From assembly GCA_965657795.1 (NCBI GenBank), contig CBFHQJ010000014.1:923-64922 (forward strand): a DNA stretch of 64,000 bases. Direction: 5' to 3'. This DNA is from Akkermansiaceae bacterium (GTDB lineage Bacteria; Verrucomicrobiota; Verrucomicrobiia; Verrucomicrobiales; Akkermansiaceae). The notes beneath the pieces were generated by a model. The model was given only the letters and a program-made list of their open reading frames with translations, ran no database searches and was not told the DNA's origin. Positions 1-8,450 of this stretch are shown one piece after another (the stretch's first letter is position 1; each line of letters begins with the position of its first letter). The position numbers were made by a program, and so were the translations under genes.

Positions 1-360
1 CACATCAACTCACCCGTCCTTCACGAAGGCTATCTTTTTGGTTTCGACGGACCCGTTCATAAAAAGAAAGTGAAGTCCTTCCTCCGCTGCCTCGATGTTA
101 AAACTGGCAAAACAATCTGGACCCAACCCGACCTGAGGGGCTCGCTCATCATCTCGAATGGCAAGCTCATCATCCTCACCCACAACGGAATTCTGATCGT
201 CGCCAAAGCCAGCCCCGAGGGCTTTCAAGAACTCGCCCGACACGAGGGCCTGGGCAAACGCACCTGGTCACACCCGCTCCTCCACCAGAATAAACTCTTC
301 ATCCGCGACGCCGACGGCACTGCGACCTGTCTCGACCTCTCGCCTACCGTGAAACCTTAA
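1..360 (+). CDS. PQQ-like / BamB-like beta-propeller repeat protein, C-terminal fragment (5' end lies outside the window)
   Basis: Frame 1 is open from nt 1 (HINSPVLHEGYLFGFDGPVHKKKVKSFLRCLDVKTGKTIW...). The repeats 'TGKTIWTQP...SLIISNGKLIILTHNGILIVAKA' and 'SHPLLHQNKLFIRDADGTATCLDL' look like the last blades of PQQ-type propellers. TAA stop at 358-360. Confidence 0.6.
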   Translation, partial: HINSPVLHEGYLFGFDGPVHKKKVKSFLRCLDVKTGKTIWTQPDLRGSLIISNGKLIILTHNGILIVAKASPEGFQELARHEGLGKRTWSHPLLHQNKLFIRDADGTATCLDLSPTVKP

Positions 361-571
361 TCTGATCATCCCAGCCATGCGGATCGGAACCAAATGCCGA
401 ACCGGTCGCAGATCCCACCATTCCTTCAACCACGCCCTCCGCTACACGCGCGCACGACGTCAAGAGAACACCGACCATTGCCAGAAATATCGAATTCAAA
501 AACCCCATCATGCAAGGATGCCTGAATCGATCCGGTCTCACCATTTAAAATTCTCAAACTCATCCCAACCT

Positions 572-3325
572 ATGATCCGCTTTCTTTTTTTCCTTTTTCT
601 CGTCATTCCTCCTTCTCTGAATGCCCAGAGCTCCTGGGAAACAGTGACCGGAGATCTTCCACTGCCACAAAGATACCTCAATGCAGATGGAAGCGTCCGC
701 GCCTCACGTCTTTTTCAATTCGAAGACCAGGTCATCGTCTCGACAGACCTGTCACTCGGAAAGTCAGTCCTGATATCCACCTCGGATGGCTTAAACTGGA
801 AGAACTTCCCGGAGCCCCTTCCGGCAAATCGCTTCAATGTCATCTCTCGCGTTCAAAATCGCCGTATCTTCACCTCTCTGGATCCGGCTGCCAATCTTCG
901 CCTTATGATTCCTATCGGAAAAGCAAGCCGACTTGAAGTCACCTAACGCAATTCCGAAGGAACCTTTCTGGCAAAAGGATATCCCGGAGAGTCGTTCGAA
1001 TTCCCATCCCCTGAAGCCACAAAAATTAGTGATGAAACTTCGCAAGAACTCGCCGTCTTGTCGGGTGAATTTATCAACTTCCCCGACCTTCCTGATGGCC
1101 AGATCACCAATCTCGCTCGAATTGGTGACACCCTCATCGCACAAATTGGGGGCTCGCAAAGAGGTCAGCTTTACTCATGGTGTCCCGACTGCGGGACCCG
1201 CGAACTTCAAGGACATTGGAGAAATTTATCGGGACAGGGTGCTATTGACAGCAAGCCGCAGAAGATGGCTGGAGGCAGCACCAATGGGTTCATTTTACAA
1301 AGTCTTTTTGTGTCATCGGTGACCGAAGTTCGCAAAACCACCTTCGGAGTGAGACAATCGGTCGGCGCTGCCCCCGATGACACTCTCCATGATATTGCTT
1401 GGGACTCCGACACCTTCATTGCCGTTGGCGCAGATTTTGATTTCTGGTCCAATTCCAGCACAGGCCTGATCCTCCGAAAAGTTGGAACACAAGACTGGCA
1501 AACCATCTCCGTCCCGGAAGCAGGCGAATTTCTCGGTATCAGCCGCGGGAGCCTCGGGTGGCTGGCAACTTCAGCGAACGGCGGCATTTGGTCGAGCCCG
1601 GACGGATCGGAATGGCAGCAGGCGGGCGAGTCCTCCTTTCCAATCGTAGCGCTGACTGAAAATAACAACCTATGGCTTGCCAGCACAGAAGCCGGAGCCG
1701 TTTACAGCTCAGCCAACTTATCAAGCTGGAACCAACAATTAGGCAACTTTTCCGGGAGTCGAGGGATCACAGTTGCCGGATCTCATTTTCTAACTCTAGG
1801 CCAATCCAATCTCCGCCGCTCTCCCGTCGCTGCGGAAGGGGCTCCGGACATCACCGGCCAGCCACTTTCCGGTTCCGTAATCCCAAATGAATCAGTCACG
1901 CTCACCGTCGCTGCCACCGGACAAAATCTCGCTTACCAATGGTTCACCGGAGAAAGCGGAGATCGAAGTAATCCCATCGCCGGAGCGACCCTTCCCAGTT
2001 TCACCACTCCGGCATTACAGGCCGACCACCTTTTCTGGGCAGAAGTTTCCAACGACCTTGACCGGGACCAAAGCTTCACCACCGAGATCGTGGTTCAATT
2101 CCAGCCTACGATTGAAAGGCAGCCAAGCCCTTCTTCAACCACCCTTGATCTCAGCAACTTTGGAGGTCTCAGCGCTTCGATCTCAGCCGACGGAAATGGC
2201 CTTAACTACCAGTGGTATCGTGGAGAACCCGGCGACCTGACCGATCCGGTGGAGGGAGAGACTGAAAGGTCAATTTACATCCGCGCGAATACCGTGAGCA
2301 CCGACAGTTACTTCGTGCGCGTCAGCAATCGGATCGGCTTTATCGATAGCGATCCAATCTCTCTCACCATAAACCCCATTCTTCCGACCATCATCTCGCA
2401 GCCTGAGGACGATGAAGTCGATGCCGGCAGCTTCGTCAGCCTCCGGGTCAGAGCCTCCGGCCCACTTCTCAGCTATCAATGGTATCAGGGAGAAGCAGGA
2501 GACACTTCCAACCCGGTCCCAAACACCGACTCTTCGTTCTTCTATCCGGAGACCGACGGTGCCCCGGAAACCCGCTACTGGGTCCGCGTCACCAATCCCG
2601 CAGGTCACGTTGACAGCTCAGCCGTCACGGTGCTTCTCAACTACACCCCTCTCGAAATATCTTTCTCCTCCCCGGAAGACCTCACTCTTCTGGCGGGACT
2701 CCAAGGGGGCGTCTACTTCAACGTAAGGCCGAGGGCCGGAGTTACTCTCCAGTGGTTTGAAGGAGTGTCGGGCGACACCTCGACTCCCATCACAGGAGCT
2801 ACCAATCAATCTTTTGACCTTCCCGACAAAGGTCCAGGAGTCTTTACCTACTGGGCCCGTGCAAGCAACCCGGTCAGCACCGTAGATTCGCCCACGAAAA
2901 CAGTCACCCGAATCGCTCCGGACTATGAAGAATGGCTCAACTACTACGGAGTCGAGGCCGACGTCATGGCACCGGAGGCAAGCGCAGCTGGAGACGAGTT
3001 CTCAAATCTCTTCCGCTATCTTGCCGGACTTTCACCGTTCGCTTTTGCAGGTGATGCTTTCAGCCAAACGCACCTTCATCACGATCCCGAAAGCGGCGAT
3101 TACTTTCTCGCCATTGACGTCCGCACCCGACCCCTTCCCGAGGGCGCATCTTTGCTCGTTGAACAATCATCTTCTCTAAATTTCGATTGCACTCCGGCGG
3201 TCGAAATGGGCACTCCAATCCCGCACAGTGACCAAACGATCACGAGAACCTATCATACCTCCCAACCCATCAATTCCCGGCAAAGACAGTTCCTTCGGGT
3301 CCGCGTAAGCTTCGCATCCGAGTAA
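572..3325 (+). pseudogene. Secreted beta-propeller (BNR/Ycf48-like) + four Ig-like repeats + C-terminal tail-module protein, interrupted by a single in-frame TAA (944-946). It could alternatively be two separate CDS (572..946 and 1058..3325).
   Basis: ATG at 572 gives a signal peptide (MIRFLFFLFLVIPPSLNAQS), followed by 'STSDGLNWKNF'-type propeller motifs. ORFs 377..946 and 1058..3325 are in the same frame, and the 37 codons between them (RNSEGTFLAKGYPGESFEFPSPEATKISDETSQELAVL) contain no stop. The downstream part has only a TTG start, no signal peptide, and continues the propeller motifs (IWSSPDGSEWQQAG, VYSSANLSSWNQQ). Confidence 0.5.
1841..2911 (+). repeat. Four tandem ~90-aa Ig-like coding repeats inside the 572..3325 locus
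   Basis: A recurring signature appears four times: YQWFTGESGDRSNPIAGAT, YQWYRGEPGDLTDPVEGET, YQWYQGEAGDTSNPVPNT and LQWFEGVSGDTSTPITGAT. Each is followed by a 'hydrophobic-W/F-x-R/E-V/A-S/T-N' strand (FWAEVSN, FVRVSN, WVRVTN, WARASN). Confidence 0.55.
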
Positions 3326-3357
3326 TCGAAGAAGAATCGCATGGGATTGGTCGATCT

Positions 3358-4671
3358 CTACTTCGGATTTACCAACCTCCCTCCCAGCTGGTTTGCGCGC
3401 CCCCACTTCGCAAGCACCTCGGATTCAATGACACCGGGGTCGTCATTCCATTTTGCTTCTGCTTGCACCAACCACCTGGATTGCCGGCAGACTTCGATGG
3501 TGACCCGGGGCTCGACCCTTTCACGATAGCCATCAATTTCATGAATGAGGCCCAAGCTGAAAATAGCGGATCTCCCCTTCCGGCAATCTTGCCGGTAGCT
3601 CCCCACACAGTGCTGCATCTTGTTTCCTTCCACCACCAACTGGGTGTGTCTGACCAACTGCTGAATACGCCATTTCGTGACTCTTCCACACCGATCGTGG
3701 TGCAATAGCTCAAGATCCTCGACCTCCTCCATCGGGCTCCAACATGAATGACTGAATTGCCAAAGCTCTTCGCGAAGCCCTGGCCCGTGGAGATCGTCGC
3801 TGCGAAATCTCAAGCCATCCGCCGTGGCATCCCGATACAAGGCACTCCAGAACTTCCGACAATACCTCACAAGTTCATCAAGTGGCAGGCCCACCAAATC
3901 ACGGGCCTTGTTGAAACGGTATGTTCGATAAAAAGCGAAAAAGAGATCGGCGATCATTCCGAAATTCTTGGCTTTGAATCCCGGGGCTTCCGCAAGTTTC
4001 GCGAACAGGCGCGACCAACTTTCCTCATTCGATAAACACCGCACCACAGCGCTGGAGAGAACCTCCGTCATCAACTCGTCATTGAAATTCAAGACCTTCA
4101 TTTGTCCCCAACGCAAGGCCTGTCTGATGGTCAGGTCACCGGGTGCCTGCATCGCAAGATGGATCGCCTTCTTATTTACCGACGGCATTTTTTCGCACTT
4201 CCGCCAACTCCCACCATTGCCAACCTCGCAATACCAGTCCCGCTCCAGAATCTTCAGAGTTCCCTTCTCCAGCCAGGCCGATTCGAAGAAGTCAGGAATC
4301 TCCCACCGCACAAACAGATGCCGGAGCATATCCCGAAGATGATCGTCACCCGATGGCACCCAGTCCTCCGGGGAGCGAATCCATCGATCCGAATAGTGGG
4401 CAATTCGAAGCAACACCGGAACCATCTGGCGCTCCAGCTGGTGGTGGGTTGATAGTAAATTTGATCTCCCGACAACCACCGGGCTCAAGCGGAGGCAGGG
4501 TTCAATCAGATGAGGGATGGTTGTCTTGGACGCACAGAAGGAGCGCCCAAGACGACGAAAATTGGTTCGAAGAATAGGGTGACGGACAGACGCGGCAATC
4601 CATTGCTGCCCACGAATAATCGAGGACAGAATTGATTGAATCGTCTTCCCGTTGGAACAGGAAGAGGGCAT
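3358..4671 (-). CDS. PcfJ-like protein
   Basis: 437-aa ORF with an ATG start at 4671. The C-terminal region 'WRIQQLVRHTQLVVEGNKMQHCVGSYRQDCRKGRSAIFSLGL' matches the PcfJ-family signature I recall (EG..M.HCV.sY...c..G...I.SL). Confidence 0.6.
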   Translation of the reverse strand: MPSSCSNGKTIQSILSSIIRGQQWIAASVRHPILRTNFRRLGRSFCASKTTIPHLIEPCLRLSPVVVGRSNLLSTHHQLERQMVPVLLRIAHYSDRWIRSPEDWVPSGDDHLRDMLRHLFVRWEIPDFFESAWLEKGTLKILERDWYCEVGNGGSWRKCEKMPSVNKKAIHLAMQAPGDLTIRQALRWGQMKVLNFNDELMTEVLSSAVVRCLSNEESWSRLFAKLAEAPGFKAKNFGMIADLFFAFYRTYRFNKARDLVGLPLDELVRYCRKFWSALYRDATADGLRFRSDDLHGPGLREELWQFSHSCWSPMEEVEDLELLHHDRCGRVTKWRIQQLVRHTQLVVEGNKMQHCVGSYRQDCRKGRSAIFSLGLIHEIDGYRERVEPRVTIEVCRQSRWLVQAEAKWNDDPGVIESEVLAKWGRANQLGGRLVNPK

Positions 4672-4895
4672 GAGACAGTTTTTCTCAAAAAATAATCGGA
4701 AAGAGCGGCCTGGCTAAGTCGGTCGCAGAATTTGTCACCGGCAATTCAAGAACCAGCGAACATCGTTGAATATCCAAGCTGTAAAAGCGTGGCTTTCAGA
4801 TCCGATCAGGAGTGTCTGTCTTCAAAAAACATTGCGGGGGAGGGATCACCCACTATGGCTTCCAAGGCAATCAAAAACTGCACAAAGCCACCTCA

Positions 4896-7397
4896 CTAAG
4901 TCCAAATCGCCCACCCCACGATTCCCAGATTGTAGAGGCCGTGAAGGATCATTCCCGGCACAACCGAGCGACTCCGTAGATAGAGAACCGCAGTCGCAAT
5001 CCCGAGGAGAAAGACCGGAGGAAAAGAGGTCCCGGGATGCACAATCGCAAAGATGAGCGCACTTCCAAAGATCGCATTTCGTTTCGACCAAAACCCCAAC
5101 ATGGTCCGACACATAAAGCCTCGAAACAAAAGCTCCTCCAGAATAGGCGCAGCCACCACCGCCAAGAGAATTAACACCACAGGATTCCACTCCGAACCAA
5201 GCTCTCCTTCCATCCCGCCAAAAACTCCGGTTTCCAAAATCAAAGTCCAACCGATGCCGGCAGCCAAACACACTGCCGCCGCCACCACGATCTCGACAAT
5301 CAGTCGCGATCTCCCTACCCGGCCTCCTTCTCCGGGAAACTCTGGAAGCGGAATGCCCTTCTGTCTCTGCCGAAGCTTTGTGAAGCCCACCGCGACCAGA
5401 CCACCGACCACAAAAGAGCTCAGGATCACTTCTCTGGTCACGCCCCCGGTCACTCCACCGATCACTGTCACCAATACCTGTACCAGTAAAAACACCACTA
5501 CGGACCACAGCCCGTCGTCCACTCCCCAACTCGGCGGCTCTTCCTCCACCGGCTCCATGAGGTAGTTGAAACTTATCTCGCGTCTCTGCCAAATCGCCAC
5601 TCCAAGAAACCAGAACACCACCAAAGAACTCACCAGAGGCCAAAAACTTCCGTGCCACAACAAAGCTCCAAAAATCCCCGCGAAGGTCATCGCGCCATAC
5701 ATTCTCCCGGGGGCCATTCGCGGCATCTCACCGGAGGCCACATCCGGCATTTGGGGTCTCCCAAGAACAATTCCACTCACCACCCGGCCCATCACCCACA
5801 CACCAAAAAGAGTCATGAGATAGCGCCAGATTTCCGTCACCTGGAAATCGCTGCTCACCAAAATCATGACCACCACCAGGATCACCGCCAAACCAGTCGA
5901 GACCGAACGCCACAAGGTCTCCCGCCGTCGAAAGTAAGCCGCCACCGCCACCGGCAGATTATAAATCATCCACACTCCTTTCGCCTCGGAAACCAGCAAT
6001 TGGGGAGCCGTAATCAGGCTCGCATAGGTTCCGCAGGAATAGGCCAGTGCACAAATCCCCGCCGCCGTGATCGACTGCACCATGGTTGGATTGATCAGGA
6101 CCTGATAGCCCACGATCATCAAGGGAACGAGAATCACCTGCATCGCCAGCGTCCGATCCCGCAACAAAAGCAGCCCCTCAAACTTCAGCAAGCTGCCGCC
6201 CTTCAATCTCTGGTTCCCCACTCCGCGGTTTGCCGAATGCTGACCATTTCCAGAGAGCCAACCGGTCTTCATAAAGCGTGCAGCCATGGCGCTTCCCCCC
6301 GCTCCACAAACAAGGGCGACCAAAAGGGTCACTCCGATTAAGCCGCCCAAGCCCAACAACAAAGTCTGCCCCACCGGCTGGCCCGTTTTTCCCGGCATTC
6401 TTTCCGCCAACCAATTCACCCACGGGAAGGAAGAAGCTCCCGCGAAACACGCTGCCAAAACCGCATAGAAAGCAAGAAGCCCCAGCATCGAAAAAATCAT
6501 CTGGGCGTTCTTTAAAATAATTGCCGGCGCTCTCGCCCGCATCCAGGTATCCAGAAAAATTTCCAGTCCGGTGATCGCCACCGAGATCAGCAAAGTCAGC
6601 ACCATCGCCACCAAGGCCGCGACCAAAACAAACTCACCGCAAGCCATCAGAAGATTGGTCAGCAAGGGCCACAAAATAAAATAAGCCAAGGGTCTGATCA
6701 GCGCGCTCGAGAGAAAGGTGCCCGCCAGCAACTCCGACTCCTTCATGGGCAAGGTAAACAACCACTCCTGATGGTCGCTTGTCGCCGCGAGATTCTTCTG
6801 CTTGACCGCCATCGGCATGAACAACAGTGCCACTAAAAGCCCCAGAAAAATCATCCCCAATAAACGGGTAAAGCGCTCCCTGACTCCGCCTTGAAACTCA
6901 CGCAGAGTGATCTCTCCTCTTGAAAAAATCTCATAATCCGCCCACCCCTCGAATCCGCGCTCTCGGTAGGCCTCCAGAACCTGATCGGTAGTGACCGGGA
7001 TTAAATCGTCCTTCCCTGTTCGAAAGCTTCTTGTACTCAGGATGAATTCCAGACGCTCCTCAATTTCCTCATTCGATCGGCCCTCCCAGTCTGGAGCCTC
7101 TTCCACTAAAGTCTCATATGTGAATCGATCAAAACTCACCACCCCTTCCCTCATGCTCAACGAACGTTCTGCATAAGTCGTAATCATCTTGTGGGTCAGA
7201 AAGAATCCCTGAACCAAAAACAAACTGCCCAGCAAAATAAAGAAGACTGATCCTTTCGTATTCTTGGGCAGCGTCGGATTGCGATGCTTCGCATACCAAT
7301 CCCCAAGCCACCCCGTCATGTGCCGGAAGCGGAACCACATCAGCACGACCAAGGCTCTGACCGCACCACTTCGCCTTTTGTCAGTGGAATCAGACAT
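4896..7397 (-). CDS. Polytopic membrane protein: ABC-exporter-like permease region fused to a C-terminal CPBP (CAAX/Abi) intramembrane glutamic protease domain
   Basis: ~830-aa ORF with many hydrophobic segments. The C-terminus carries all three CPBP motifs: 'ILEELLFRGF' (EExxxR), 'FAIVHP' (FxxxH) and 'HGLYNL' (HxxxN). The ATG at 7397 overlaps the upstream ABC ATPase stop (ATGTCTGA). Confidence 0.7.
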   Translation of the reverse strand: MSDSTDKRRSGAVRALVVLMWFRFRHMTGWLGDWYAKHRNPTLPKNTKGSVFFILLGSLFLVQGFFLTHKMITTYAERSLSMREGVVSFDRFTYETLVEEAPDWEGRSNEEIEERLEFILSTRSFRTGKDDLIPVTTDQVLEAYRERGFEGWADYEIFSRGEITLREFQGGVRERFTRLLGMIFLGLLVALLFMPMAVKQKNLAATSDHQEWLFTLPMKESELLAGTFLSSALIRPLAYFILWPLLTNLLMACGEFVLVAALVAMVLTLLISVAITGLEIFLDTWMRARAPAIILKNAQMIFSMLGLLAFYAVLAACFAGASSFPWVNWLAERMPGKTGQPVGQTLLLGLGGLIGVTLLVALVCGAGGSAMAARFMKTGWLSGNGQHSANRGVGNQRLKGGSLLKFEGLLLLRDRTLAMQVILVPLMIVGYQVLINPTMVQSITAAGICALAYSCGTYASLITAPQLLVSEAKGVWMIYNLPVAVAAYFRRRETLWRSVSTGLAVILVVVMILVSSDFQVTEIWRYLMTLFGVWVMGRVVSGIVLGRPQMPDVASGEMPRMAPGRMYGAMTFAGIFGALLWHGSFWPLVSSLVVFWFLGVAIWQRREISFNYLMEPVEEEPPSWGVDDGLWSVVVFLLVQVLVTVIGGVTGGVTREVILSSFVVGGLVAVGFTKLRQRQKGIPLPEFPGEGGRVGRSRLIVEIVVAAAVCLAAGIGWTLILETGVFGGMEGELGSEWNPVVLILLAVVAAPILEELLFRGFMCRTMLGFWSKRNAIFGSALIFAIVHPGTSFPPVFLLGIATAVLYLRSRSVVPGMILHGLYNLGIVGWAIWT

Positions 7398-8133
7398 CAC
7401 CTTCTCCCGTCACCGCAAAGAACACCTCTTCCAAAGTCTCCACAGCAGACTCTCTTTTCAAACTTTCCACCGTTCCCTCAGCCACCAACTGACCCCGATT
7501 CATCACCACGCACCGATGACAAACCTTCTCCGCCTGATCCAAAAGATGGGTCGAATAGAGCACCCCGCTTCCGTCTGAAACACACCGCTGCACCAGCTCC
7601 AGAAATGACCGCGTCGCCACCGGATCCAGCCCGTTTGTCGGCTCGTCCATGATCAAAAGGTCAGGCTTGTGAACCGTCGCCATCAGAAAGGCCAACTTCT
7701 TGCGCATCCCCTTCGAGTAATTTGAAGCAAACTCACCCAGGTCATCCACCAACCCGAGTTCCCCCCCCACATCATCAATGTGAGCCGTGATTACCTCAGG
7801 CGACAAACCCCGCACCTTACCCACAAATTCCAATAGCTCGATTCCTCTCAAGTGGCTTTGGAAATTCGGCTCATCCGGCAGAAAACCCACCCGCTTCTGC
7901 ACCTGGTTCCTCTCCGAAAAACAATCCATCCCAAAGAGAGAGAGATCACCCGCAGTCTGCCGAATCATCCCCATCAACATCTTCACCGTCGTCGTCTTCC
8001 CAGCCCCATTTGGTCCCAACAACCCAACAATCTCGCCTCTCCCGACCTGAAGCGACAAACCATCAACAGCCCGAAAAGCGCCAAAATGGCGGGAGACATT
8101 CTCAAGCGAAAGGATGGGCTGCTCAGGATTCAC
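7390..8133 (-). CDS. ABC transporter ATP-binding protein
   Basis: Walker A 'GPNGAGKTT', signature-like 'YSKGMRKKL', Walker B 'LLIMDEPTNGLD', H-loop 'STHLL'. GTG start at 8133. Confidence 0.9.
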   Translation of the reverse strand: MNPEQPILSLENVSRHFGAFRAVDGLSLQVGRGEIVGLLGPNGAGKTTTVKMLMGMIRQTAGDLSLFGMDCFSERNQVQKRVGFLPDEPNFQSHLRGIELLEFVGKVRGLSPEVITAHIDDVGGELGLVDDLGEFASNYSKGMRKKLAFLMATVHKPDLLIMDEPTNGLDPVATRSFLELVQRCVSDGSGVLYSTHLLDQAEKVCHRCVVMNRGQLVAEGTVESLKRESAVETLEEVFFAVTGEGDV

Positions 8134-8212
8134 AATGAATATATCCTAACGGTCGGGCATCGTCGGTAAAGCTCTCCCTTTCTCCATGGGCGGCCCCTCC
8201 CAACACAAAAGA

Positions 8213-8249
8213 GGGAGCAGGCCGTCACCTGCTCCCCCCATCGTTTTTT
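8213..8249. promoter_or_regulatory. GC-rich hairpin (9-bp perfect stem) in the divergent intergenic region; terminator/attenuator-like, orientation ambiguous
   Basis: GGGAGCAGG (8213-8221) / loop CCGTCA / CCTGCTCCC (8228-8236). On the minus strand it is followed directly by TCTTTTGTGTT, about 80 nt upstream of the ABC ATPase start. On the plus strand a T6 run lies 8 nt downstream. Confidence 0.3.
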
Positions 8250-8450
8250 CTGTTTCACCCAAAAAATCGATACTCTTTTGTTTCCGTTTTTTTCCTTCGC
8301 ATATCGAAATACGAAGTTGGGACCGAAGATACCCACCCATCCAATCGCAAAGCAGCAGGCCCGATGTCAAATTTCATCAAAAAAAATGGATGTTTCCCGA
8401 ATTGATCTTTCTGGCTGCACTCACGCCCGCGCTGGTCTATCCTTTCAGCA

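Noticed and set aside
4846-6341. A 270-aa minus-strand ORF (4846..5658), plus-strand ORFs at 5053..5565 and 5652..6341, and further ORFs inside the permease-CPBP gene.
   Set aside because: They overlap the 834-codon membrane-protein frame, which carries the CPBP motifs. Their compositions (Gly/Arg-rich or His/Pro-rich) look like frame shadows.
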